Assembly (NCBI GenBank): GCA_032718475.1 | Contig: JAUCBJ010007191.1 | Location: 1 to 59,888, forward strand | DNA length: 59,888 bases | DNA from: Nemertoderma westbladi | Lineage: Eukaryota; Animalia; Xenacoelomorpha | Reading direction: 5' to 3' | Part shown: positions 48,702 to 59,888 of the stretch, piece after piece | Numbering within the stretch: the stretch's first letter is position 1 | Layout: the number at the start of each line of letters is the position of its first letter | Program-made: the position numbers and the translations under genes | The notes under the pieces: generated by a model | The model's input: the letters and a program-made list of their open reading frames with translations, nothing else | What the model was told of the DNA's origin: nothing | Databases searched by the model: none

Positions 48702-51700
48702 GTGTTACTAGGTGCACTACAATGACGTTACAACGTGTTACTTGGTGCACTACAATGACGTTACAACGTGTTACTTGGTGCACTACAATGACGTTACAAT
48801 GTGTTACTAGGTGCACTACAATGACGTTACAACGTGTTACTAGGTGCACTACAATGACGTTACAACGTGTTCCTTGGTGCACTATAATGACGTTACAACG
48901 TGTTACTAGGTACACTACAATGACGTTATAACGTGTTACTAGGTGCACTACAATGACGTTACAACGTGTTAATAGGTGCACTACAATGACGTTATAACGT
49001 GTTACTAGGTGCACTACAATGACGCTACAACGTGTTACTTGGTGCACTACAATGACGTTACAACGTGTTACTAGGTGCACTACAATGACGCTACAACGTG
49101 TTACTAGGTGCACTACAATGACGTTATAACGTGTTACTTGGTGCACTACAATGACGTTATAACGTGTTACTAGGTGCACTACAATGACGCTACAATGTGT
49201 TACTTGGTGCACTACAATGACGTTACAACGTGTTACTAGGTGCACTACAATGACGTTATAACGTGTTACTTGGTGCACTACAATGACGTTATAACGTGTT
49301 ACTAGGTGCACTACAATGACGCTACAACGTGTTACTTGGTGCACTACAATGACGTTACAACGTGTTACTAGGTGCACTACAATGACGTTACAACGTGTTA
49401 CTAGGTGCACTATAATGACGTTACAACGTGTTACTTGGTGCACTACAATGACGTTATAACGTGTTACTTGGTGCACTACAATGACGTTACAACGTGTTAC
49501 TAGGTGCACTACAATGACGTTATAACGTGTTACTTGGTGCACTACAATGACGTTACAACGTGTTACTTGGTGCACTACAATGACGTTATAACGTGTTACT
49601 AGGTGCACTACAATGACGTTACAACGTGTTACTAGGTGCACTACAATGACGTTATAACGTGTTACTTGGTGCACTACAATGACGTTATAACGTGTTACTT
49701 GGTGCACTACAATGACGCTACAACGTGTTACTAGGTGCACTACAATGACGTTATAACGTGTTACTTGGTGCACTACAATGACGTTATAACGTGTTACTTG
49801 GTGCACTACAATGACGCTACAACGTGTTACTTGGTGCACTACAATGACGTTACGTGTTACTTGGTGCACCACAATGACGTTACGCGTTACTTGGTGCACT
49901 ACAATGACGTTACAACGTGTTACTAGGTGCACTACAATGACGTTATAACGTGTTACTAGGTGCACTACAATGACGTTACAACGTGTTACTAGGTGCACTA
50001 CAATGACGTTATAACGTGTTACTTGGTGCACTACAATGACGTTACAACGTGTTACTAGGTGCACTACAATGACGTTACAACGTGTTACTAGGTGCACTAC
50101 AATGACGTTATAACATGTTACTAGGTGCACTACAATGTCGTTACAACGTGTTACTAGGTGCACTACAATGACGTTATAACGTGTTACTAGGTGCACTACA
50201 ATGACGTTATAACATGTTACTAGGTGCACTACAATGACGTTACAACGTGTTCCTTGGTGCACTACAATGACGTTACAACGTGTTACTAGGTACACTACAA
50301 TGACGTTATAACGTGTTACTAGGTGCACTACAATGACGTTACAACGTGTTAATAGGTGCACTACAATGACGTTATAACGTGTTACTTGGTGCACTACAAT
50401 GACGTTACAATGTGTTACTTGGTGCACTACAATGACGTTACAACGTGTTACTAGGTGCACTACAATGACGTTACAATGTGTTACTAGGTGCACTACAATG
50501 ACGTTATAACATGTTACTAGGTGCACTACAATGACGTTACAACGTGTTCCTTGGTGCACTACAATGACGTTACAACGTGTTACTAGGTACACTACAATGA
50601 CGTTATAACGTGTTACTAGGTGCACTACAATGACGTTACAACGTGTTAATAGGTGCACTACAATGACGTTATAACGTGTTACTTGGTGCACTACAATGAC
50701 GTTATAACGTGTTACTTGGTGCACTACAATGACGTTACAATGTGTTACTTGGTGCACTACAATGACGTTACAACGTGTTACTAGGTGCACTACAATGACG
50801 TTACAACGTGTTACTAGGTGCACTACAATGACGTTATAACATGTTACTAGGTGCACTACAATGTCGTTACAACGTGTTACTAGGTGCACTACAATGACGT
50901 TATAACGTGTTACTAGGTGCACTACAATGACGTTACAACGTGTTACTAGGTGCACTACAATGACGTTATAACGTGTTACTTGGTGCACTACAATGACGTT
51001 ACAATGTGTTACTTGGTGCACTACAATGACGTTACAACGTGTTACTAGGTGCACTACAATGACGTTACAACGTGTTACTAGGTGCACTACAATGACGTTA
51101 CAACGTGTTACTTGGTGCACTACAATGACGTTACAACGTGTTACTAGGTGCACTACAATGACGTTATAACGTGTTACTAGGTGCACTACAATGACGTTAC
51201 AACGTGTTACTTGGTGCACTACAATGACGTTCCAACGTGTTACTTGGTGCACTACAATGACGTTACGTGTTACTTGGTGCACCACAATGACGTTACGCGT
51301 TACTTGGTGCACTACAATGACGTTACAACGTGTTACTAGGTGCACTACAATGACGTTACAACGTGTTACTAGGTGCACTACAATGACGTTACAACGTGTT
51401 ACTAGGTGCACTACAATGACGTTACAACGTGTTACTAGGTGCACTACAATGACGTTACAACGTGTTACTTGGTGCACTACAATGACGTTACAACGTGTTA
51501 CTTGGTGCACTACAATGACGTTACGTGTTACTTGGTGCACTACAATGACGTTACGTGTTACTTGGTGCACCACAATGACGTTACGTGTTACTTGGTGCAC
51601 CACAATGACGTTACGTGTTACTTGGTGCACTACAATGACGTTACAACGTGTTACTTGGTGCACTACAATGACGTTACGTGTTACTTGGTGCACTACAATG

Positions 51701-52260
51701 ACGTTACGTGTTACTTGGTGCACTACAATGACGTTACAACGTGTTACTTGGTGCACTACAATGACGTTACGTGTTACTTGGTGCACCACAATGACGTTAC
51801 GTGTTACTTGGTGCACCACAATGACGTTACGTGTTACTTGGTGCACTACAATGACGTTACAACGTGTTACTTGGTGCACTACAATGACGTTACGTGTTAC
51901 TTGGTGCACTACAATGACGTTACGTGTTACTTGGTGCACTACAATGACGTTACAACGTGTTACTTGGTGCACTACAATGACGTTACGTGTTACTTGGTGC
52001 ACTACAATGACGTTACAACGTGTTACTTGGTGCACTACAATGACGTTACGTGTTACTTGGTGCACTACAATGACGTTACGTGTTACTTGGTGCACTACAA
52101 TGACGTTACAACGTGTTACTTGGTGCACTACAATGACGTTACAACGTGTTACTTGGTGCACTACAATGACGTTACGTGTTACTAGGTGCACTACAATGAC
52201 GTTACGTGTTACTAGGTGCACTACAATGACGTTACGTGTTACTTGGTGCACTACAATGAC
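48702..52260. repeat. 33-bp/30-bp minisatellite, ~110 units
   Basis: ggtgcactacaatgacgttacaacgtgttacta consensus; the 3-bp-shorter variant dominates beyond ~51500. Confidence 0.98.
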
Positions 52261-52589
52261 TGTTATTCCTATGTGATCAGATCAAACACGGCAGGACGCA
52301 TCAAGGAACCATTACTAGCAGCCCCCCCAACCCCCGTCCTACTGCACCAGTGGCACCGCAGCTATTATTCATGGATATTGATTTGTTGGCACTGTTGGGT
52401 TGGACAGATCGCGTTGCGAGTACCGACAAATAGCCGTATATCGCTTACCAGATATAGGGACACAGGGAACACATATTCCTGGGCACCATTTATATGGGTC
52501 TAACGAGGTCTTTAAACACCACGCTGCCACGTATTATACATTTAAAAAAGATTTATTTGTATAAATTTATATTTTAATTTAATATTAAA

Positions 52590-52627
52590 GCCCTGAAGAA
52601 GTCCGTGAGGGTCAAACGACTGTCGGT
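52590..52627 (+). ncRNA. Degenerate Penelope-type minimal hammerhead motif
   Basis: gcc-CTGAAGA-agtccgtgagggt-cAAAc-gact-GTC-ggt; the G of GAAA is missing. Confidence 0.4.
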
Positions 52628-53077
52628 AAAAACAATTATTGTTGTTTGGGCGACTCTTTACCTCATCTAACATATTACATAATAATATATGGGGTCAGTA
52701 AGTAATAAGTGAAACTAGTTGCGGAAACAAACCACAGCGTATACGATCTAATTCTACAGTCCACACCAGTTCTACAATAAGTAATTGAGATATAAAACGT
52801 AAAATATTCGCATCAACACAAAGGCACACAAATAAATAAATGTACAAATACTCGTAATGGAGTTACTTGCATTACATACTGTATACTTATAGAGATTGGC
52901 TTCAAAATATTTAATAAACAAAAAGGTCAGTTGTAGTTGGTGGCAAACGGAGATTAACTACGGAAGGCCGATCGCTAAATGCATTACTCAATAAAAAATA
53001 TTGTATTAAAACAGGAGTGAAAGACGTTAGCTAACAATATGACGTCATTCTAAAACAATATAATGTTAAGCGATTAA

Positions 53078-54754
53078 TTATATGTAGAATATCAGCTCGG
53101 GAATCTGTCCGTCTTCCACTGAAGTCCCGTTATTATTACCGGAAGCGTGGAAAAACTGAAACACGACCTTACTGCCTCCGGTTGGCGACTCGTACGTAAC
53201 CTTCCGACGTCCGGAAGTCCCGTAATACGAGTCGGAACCGCACATAGTAGCGGAACAGGTGTAGTTAACCCCGGGGAGTATCTCTACCGGCTCCCGGAAC
53301 ATTATCCGAAAGGTGCGGTTGGATCCGTCGCAGGTAAACCCGCTGTCCGACTCAGCGAGGAGTCGTCCGCTGTCGGACTCGGCCACCTGGATGGTGACCT
53401 GGTAGTCGGTGGATCCGTGGATCGAGCCGAACAACCCGAAACCCACCACGTAGACGCGGTGGTTCACCGTGAACTTCACGCGATCCGAAGTGCCGCTGTA
53501 ACCCCAGCGACTCTCCGTCTGGAGGAACCGCCGGACTATGTGTTCCCGACCGGTGAGACAGCAGCGCGGGCGGTCCGAGAACGGAGTAGGACTCGGTTTC
53601 GGGTTCACCGTGAAGTAGAAGAAGAGATTGAGCGTCTGTTTGTCCGAGAGGATCTCGGATTGGGCGGGGACCGAGGCGAACTCCTCCAACGTCATCAACG
53701 GGAATCGCACGGCGTAGAGCGCGTCGCCCAACGCGGCTCTCTGATTGGCTGGTTCAACCGCTTCGCCGCGTCTCGCGCATTCAACGCGGGACCAGTTGAC
53801 GACGGCGTCGAACAACTGGGATTCGCGGACGTTGAGGGAGTCTCGGGTGAGCACAGCGGCTAGCGTGTCCCGGTCGAGGTCAGTGAACCCGTCTGCACAC
53901 AGAGACTCCACCGTGTGCTTGTCGATGGTCTGCAGACACAGTTCGGCTAGTTGCGGCTCGTCGAACAGTCTGGCCTGGGTGAGCAGCAGGAAGGCGTTGT
54001 CCGCCGTTAGATTGGTCTTGAGGAACTCCACGCAGTGGGTTTCCAACGAAGGCACCGCGTACTTCTTCGCCGTGTACAGAGTCGTCATAACGGTCTCTGC
54101 ATCGATCTCTACTTTATCAGAATAAAGGAACTTTAGCAGGGAAAGGAACGCCTTTGGTTCTACATCAGGGAGTTCTATGGTGGTTTGAGTTGTGGCCATT
54201 CCTCCGTTAAACATGGCGTCGAACACTGCGCTGCCTACAGACAGGACGAACTTGTGAGCCGGGACGGTTTGGGCGCATTCCGTGGCTGGGTCGTTGGCGA
54301 CCGCGGTTCGCCCGACCACGAAATGGACGTCCGCGAGGATCTCGTTGTTAAACAGGAATCCTATTCGTTCCTGGAGGGTCGATCGCGACGCCTGCCAGTT
54401 GTAGGGGATAGAGCCGCGGTGCACCGCAATCGACTGGTTGTACGCGCGGCACTCCTCTGCCAACCCATTGGCAGTGCCAATATGAGCCATTAAGGGAGTG
54501 CTGCCATGGTTACCGGTACCGAGAGATACCATGGTTTCGGATGATGGGGCCACATCCGGCGGCGTTAAAGCATGCGGATCTAATTTGAGGTTGGCGACTT
54601 GTGCTACAGGATTATTCATTGACACGGAGGAATTAGCTGTTCCGGTTCGTATTGGGGACACCGACACGCTACGATTACTAGATGGCGTCGGTGTCTCATT
54701 CTGGCTTTTGGAATCAGAATCTTTATTATGAAGGTGATTGCTAGGAAACGACAT
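53078..54754 (-). CDS. BTBD2: BTB/POZ-BACK-PHR protein (BTBD1/BTBD2 orthologue), intronless, 558 aa from the first ATG
   Basis: [93 protein letters not shown]; BTBD1 and BTBD2 cannot be told apart. Confidence 0.95.
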   Translation of the reverse strand: MSFPSNHLHNKDSDSKSQNETPTPSSNRSVSVSPIRTGTANSSVSMNNPVAQVANLKLDPHALTPPDVAPSSETMVSLGTGNHGSTPLMAHIGTANGLAEECRAYNQSIAVHRGSIPYNWQASRSTLQERIGFLFNNEILADVHFVVGRTAVANDPATECAQTVPAHKFVLSVGSAVFDAMFNGGMATTQTTIELPDVEPKAFLSLLKFLYSDKVEIDAETVMTTLYTAKKYAVPSLETHCVEFLKTNLTADNAFLLLTQARLFDEPQLAELCLQTIDKHTVESLCADGFTDLDRDTLAAVLTRDSLNVRESQLFDAVVNWSRVECARRGEAVEPANQRAALGDALYAVRFPLMTLEEFASVPAQSEILSDKQTLNLFFYFTVNPKPSPTPFSDRPRCCLTGREHIVRRFLQTESRWGYSGTSDRVKFTVNHRVYVVGFGLFGSIHGSTDYQVTIQVAESDSGRLLAESDSGFTCDGSNRTFRIMFREPVEILPGVNYTCSATMCGSDSYYGTSGRRKVTYESPTGGSKVVFQFFHASGNNNGTSVEDGQIPELIFYI

Positions 54755-55599
54755 ATGGCTAGACACTAGACTTGACTAAATTCCACAGAACACAAAATAT
54801 CTACACATTACTGCGGTATTCTGGTATTAGTACGTTTGTACTACGGCTGTACGGTACTACAGTATTAGTACGTTTGAACGACATACCGGAAATCTATACA
54901 CCAGTCTGCCAGTACACCGGCCACAGGCAGACCGGTAATACTGTAATATATCAGCTGTTATTAATATCGCCAGAATAATAATAAAATATTAAATTTTGCA
55001 CATATACAGTAGAATGACAATTATGAACATACAGTATATATCTAGCAAAGTACGCTAATAAGCGTGTATGATGTACTCGTAATGTTATAATAAAAATACA
55101 GGTAATGGTATAAACACACAATGACTAACTACAGTAGAATTAGTAAAATAATTAAAATTTTAGAGTAGTTAATTACTAATCACAGTACTTACATAAACAG
55201 TTAATTATTAAGTAAAAATACTTGAATTATATTAAAATGAAATTAAAGAAAAATGATACCGGTATTAAAAAACCGGCAAAGCATACTTAGTTTCAAATAA
55301 AAATAATTAAAATGCGCAAGGGCTTCAACAACATACAGTATATAGGCAAACATTTGGGCTATAAGCAAACATAATGCTCAATAGGACAAATAATACGGTG
55401 AAATAAAACGTGCAAAGTAACCTTAAAAGATAGAACGACAATTAATTAAACATAAAAACTATATTTAAAAATTTAACAAAAAATTTTACACAAAGAATAG
55501 TACTGTGCAGTAATGTAGTTAACACTGGGGGGGGGGGGGGGGGGGGGTAGATGGGGGGTTGTAAGTGACCGCAATCAATAGAGATAACGCTGCATAGTA

Positions 55600-57370
55600 A
55601 AATTGGCGGTGGCAACTTGGCGAACTGGGACGTCACTGTAGATGTTCATAAGATTCTGTATGGCTTTGTCAAGACGATTTTTAAAAATATTAACAGAAGG
55701 ATTTCCGAGAAGGTCACGGGCATTCACCACATCCTCACTTAACATATTCCATATATTTACGACCCGAGTTGCAAAACTATTTACATGGAACATATGGAGA
55801 GGTGACCAGCGGTATCCCGTTTATATAGAGCTAAAGACGAGCCTCTAGTAGAGTACGAATGCTGATGATTCCTTAATTCGAAGATGCATTAAATCTACAT
55901 TATCAATGTTATGGACAAACTTGTGTTTATCATATCAGCTCGTATACTGTACGTCTATAGATCAATGTTAGGATACCAAGGGAACGAAGACGTTCTTCAT
56001 ATGTCAATTCCTGAAGGGAAGGAACAATCTTGGTGGCACGATGCTGCACACGTTCTAACAGATCGATGTCTTTCTGCTGGTAGGGGCACCAAACTACTGT
56101 AGCATACTCGAGAAGTGGTCTTATAAAAGCTCGATACAGGTTGAGGAACATACGAGGCTCCATAAAGATAAATGTATGTTTCACAAGATTTATAACACGC
56201 GTTGCTCTGGCTGCTATTATAGAACAGTGAGTGGAGAATGAAAGATTGGAACTGAACGTTACACCAAGATCCTTTTCTTCATTGACAGATTCTAGAATGG
56301 TACCATTCATGGAATAAGATGACTGCGGATTCTTATGTCCAAGATGAACAACTTTACACTTAGTTGGGTTGAACTGAAGATGCCAACGATTTGCCCAATC
56401 AGCAAGTGAGTCTAAGTCAGCCTGGAGGCAATTAATATCAGCAGAACTGTGGATTGGCCTGTAATTCTTGGTGTCATCAACAAACACCTTACAAATGGAC
56501 GATACAACATCAGGAGTGTCATTCACAAATATTAGGAACAAAATAGGAGCAGTCACCGTTCCTTGGGGGACACCACTGGAGACCATATGGGAACTACTTA
56601 GTACATCATTTACACGTACACATTGGGAACGATTAGAGAGGAAATTGCTGATCCATTGTGCCACACTACCTTGGATTCCATATGCGTTCAACTTTTGGAG
56701 AAGCAGCTTGTGGGATACGGTATCAAAGACACAACGCAAATCGATATATACTACATCGGCTCCGAGAGTGTGGACGGGAGGTCGTCTACATATGTACAGA
56801 AATCCTCTAGTACTTCCAATAGTTGGGTAACTGTGGAACGGCGGGACCTTCCTCCATGTTGTGAGACGGTGAATAGGTTGTTTGATTCCAAATGGTTTAC
56901 CAAAGCATCTCTTACAAACTTCTCACAAACTTTCGCCAAGATGCATGTGAGGGACAGAGGGAGATAGGACGGTAGTTTTCCGGATTGTACAGTTGTATCT
57001 AGGCGGTTTCTTAAGTAGAGGATTAATAATTGCAACATGCCAATCATCAGGCACCTCACCTGTTTCAAAGGACATCCTAAATATACTATATGACACGGAA
57101 CAGCAATCACAGCTGCCAGTTGTTTAAGAACCCTACTATGGAGAAGATCTGGGCCAGCCGACTTATTAGGATTTAGATCACTCAGGGAGTCCAGTACATC
57201 ATCAACAGAAAAATGAATATGTTCCAAAGGTGGGAGGTTTGTAGTAATATTTGAGATGTTAGGTCTGTAGTCACATGGAATATTGTTGTCGTCGGTGAAT
57301 ACATCGGACTGTCGGAAAATGTATTACTGAATATTTCCGCCATACCAGTTTCTGAATTCACGGATTCACC
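55600..57370 (-). mobile_element. Decayed CR1-clade LINE ORF2 fragment (RT to 3' end)
   Basis: KSAGPDLLHSRVLK, SGVPQGTV, FVDDTK, EKDLGV, LERVQHRATK, RVVNIWNML; frameshifted. Confidence 0.92.
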
Positions 57371-57728
57371 CTCACTACGCTAGTCACTTCACTATATAGG
57401 CCTATAGACAGATAGACTGTATTATATAGGCCTACTACTGTATATCAAGTATATCTGTATATAGACAGATAGACTGTAAGTATGCACTACAGCCAGACAG
57501 CACTAGACTATACAGACAGACAGTAGACAGATATAGCAGTACAGCAGTTGTAGGTGTTAGTAAAGGCTGAAAGGAGCAGGTTACAGATGTGAGTTAGATG
57601 TTAGGACTAGGAGTACCAAAACAATATACAAAAGTTAACACGTTTTACGGGAATGTCACGATTGGGGTACCTACAAATTCAATACAAAATACAGTAGTAT
57701 ACAGTCTGACCATACTGTAGTGGCGGAC

Positions 57729-57912
57729 TAAACCCTAATTAAATTTGTATGTAACCCTATACATAAGTCATAATCTAAGAAATTTAGCGGAATTTCCAAC
57801 ATTATTGCCACAAGGAGGCCCTCTTATGGCAATAATGTTGGAAATTCCGGTAAATTTCTTTGATTATGACTTAGGGTTAGGGTTACATGACAGTTTTAAT
57901 TATGTAGGGTTA
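57729..57912. repeat. Palindromic MITE-like element with TAACCC motifs
   Basis: ~90-bp imperfect arms; the inner 30 bp has one mismatch (57781-57810 vs 57827-57856). Confidence 0.8.
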
Positions 57913-58849
57913 AGGCCTTTATTCTGACCAACTAACCTTACCAAAATAATATACCAAATATGCCCATAATACAGTATACAATCTTTAATCTTTAAAATCT
58001 TAAAAATTAATGGTATCAATGACAGTAAAATACATAAAACTTAGGCCTACTTAAAGAAATCATTAAATTTCTTGCACCGAGAACAGAAAAATAAATGTTA
58101 TTTATTTGTAGGGAATTAATTTCGCACTACCAAATCGCCAGGGCGACATATTTTCTAACTTTACATCGCAGTGCGACATTATTTCTCAGTATGTCCCTCC
58201 GCCATACATTTACTATGCATTTCCAGTATATCCAGTATGTCACCGCGTCAATATTGGGTTTGTTCTGTTGTTCTAGAAAACGTGTAAGTGCGTAACTACA
58301 AATAATTCGATCCCCACAAATAAATAAAATTAGATTCACCATTGTTCATAATTAGCACTTTAAAGCTTTTTGGCCTCGTTTTGTTATTTAAACAAAATCA
58401 CTCATGCTGTAACGCTATAAAGTGCTATTTGGTGAACAATGACGTACAGTTAAAATTGGTTTGTTTATACTGATATTATTCAGCAAATATACATCATATC
58501 ACTAAAATCTATAAAATCATAAAAAGTTATTAATTTAAATCAACGAAAAAATAAAAATATTTACAAATACAAATAAAAATTTCAAATACTAATAAACAAA
58601 TAAAAATGACTATTACAGACTACATGACTAAAACAGACAAATCTCACTATCTTCTGTTTAATCATTTTATTACATAAGTTTATTATTATTATTATTATTC
58701 AGTAATTAATAATTATAAATAAATAAAGGCGTACAATCAGTCCCTATTTCAATCCACATTACTGTGTAGATACCGTTTCTCAAACTGGGTACCTTTTCTC
58801 TTACCCAAATCTTACTAACTCAAACCTGTCTGGGTTACTCAAACCCAAA

Positions 58850-59820
58850 CTGAGTCTGTACTCCCAGATATTCCCATTGGTGATATCTCCTTTGCAGAAG
58901 TGAAGGCTGCTGCAAAGAGCATTAAGACCAATCGTGCCAGTGGAGTAGATAGTGTTCCCCCTGAGGTCTTTAACATACCTGAGTGTTTAAAGCTCATCTA
59001 TCCCATTATAGTAGACATGTACCGAACAACAAGAGTCCCACAAGAAATGAAAACAAATAAGTTCCCAAGAAGGGCAACCTAACACTCTATGGTTCTTTTC
59101 GTGGAATCTCATTGATCTCGATTGCTGCAAAGCTATACAATAGAATTATATTAAATCGCATCAGGGACCCCATTGAGAGACTGCTCGGTGGAAATCAGAA
59201 TGGGTTCCGTAAAGGTCGTGGGACCATGGAGCCCATTTTGGCACTTAGAAGGATAATTGAAGAGTTATCAAAAAAGAAAGACAGGCATCTGGCTGTTATC
59301 TTTGTTGACTTCTTCAAGGCCTTTGATTCAGTCTCTCGCTCACGTATGTTCAGCATACTTTCATTATATGGGATTCCTGATGAAGTTATTGCAGCAATCA
59401 GATCAGTATATGATGGTTCGACAACATTTGTGTCTACTGTTGATGGTGACACAGAACCATTTGAAGTGTTATGGGGCGTCCTCCTCCAGGGAGACACACT
59501 TGCACCATTCTTGTTCATAATTGTGGTTGACTATGTTCTACGCATGTCCTTAGATCATCATAATGATGATGGGGTGATGATAACTCCACCTACTGGCTCC
59601 AGAAGTCGAGGAAATCCTGCCAAGTACCGGTACCTAACTGATCTAGACTTTGCTGATGACTTGATGAGTACTCTCAGAATCACTAGAGGGAGCCCAACGG
59701 CTCCTCAGCTCATTAGAACATGCTGCTTCTAGTGTTGGTCTTTTTATTAACTCCAGAAAGACCAAAATTTTGACAGTTAACTTTGAAAGTCCTCAGCAAG
59801 TCTCATGATCGGATGAGCAT
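58850..59820 (+). mobile_element. RTE family A internal RT fragment, frameshifted
   Basis: RASGVDSVP, QNGFRKGRG, FVDFFKAFDSV, LQGDTLAPFLF, DLDFADD; overlaps the 2200-2434 copy in sequence. Confidence 0.92.
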
Positions 59821-59888
59821 ACACCATAACCCTCAATACAACAAACTTTTTTAGGGGGTCGGAGCCCCCCCCCCCCCCCCAGTAGTAG

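Noticed and set aside
33321-52260. Tandem arrays as CRISPR loci
   Set aside because: No unique spacers, no cas genes, eukaryotic context.
48586-52276. Long ORFs (1221, 361 and 248 aa) as real proteins
   Set aside because: They are translations of a 33/30-bp minisatellite; the longest has no ATG start and an in-frame stop shortly upstream. Kept only as a low-level finding.
52277-52503. Candidate synaptotagmin transmembrane exon
   Set aside because: The required phase hits a stop, and no LPxWA/hydrophobic/Cys-Lys pattern is present.
53147-54731. + strand ORFs of 238, 126, 102 and 77 aa
   Set aside because: Antisense shadows of the GC-rich BTBD coding sequence.

Overview
Animal (bilaterian invertebrate) nuclear DNA, rich in introns and transposable elements; the ORF track misses most of the host genes because they are spliced. 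On the + strand are the 3' exons of a KCNQ1-like K+ channel gene (coding end 10456). After it come a probable CCAAT promoter and non-coding first exon (~13080-13436) and the first two coding exons of a synaptotagmin-1-like gene (42996-43536), which runs off the right end. An intronless BTBD1/2-type gene (BTB-BACK-PHR, 53078-54754, - strand) appears nested antisense in the Syt intron. The introns hold a decayed BEL/Pao element interrupted by a young Gypsy element (identical 257-bp LTRs, GTATA TSD), plus RTE, CR1, L2 and Penelope fragments, tRNA-derived SINEs, Helentron-like elements and MITEs. There is also a 4.6-kb foldback element with inverted 53-bp arrays around a small promoter-bearing ORF, and two further tandem arrays. 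The most unusual signals are: two different small elements coupling a tRNA-like Pol III promoter to a minimal hammerhead-ribozyme motif (48553-48658, 37068-37283); the cargo ORF in the foldback; TA->TACAGTA/TACCGGTA excision footprints shown by paralogue comparison; a 265-bp direct repeat around an RTE insertion; and tandemly duplicated splice sites in both neuronal genes. All calls come from reading by eye; no searches were run.
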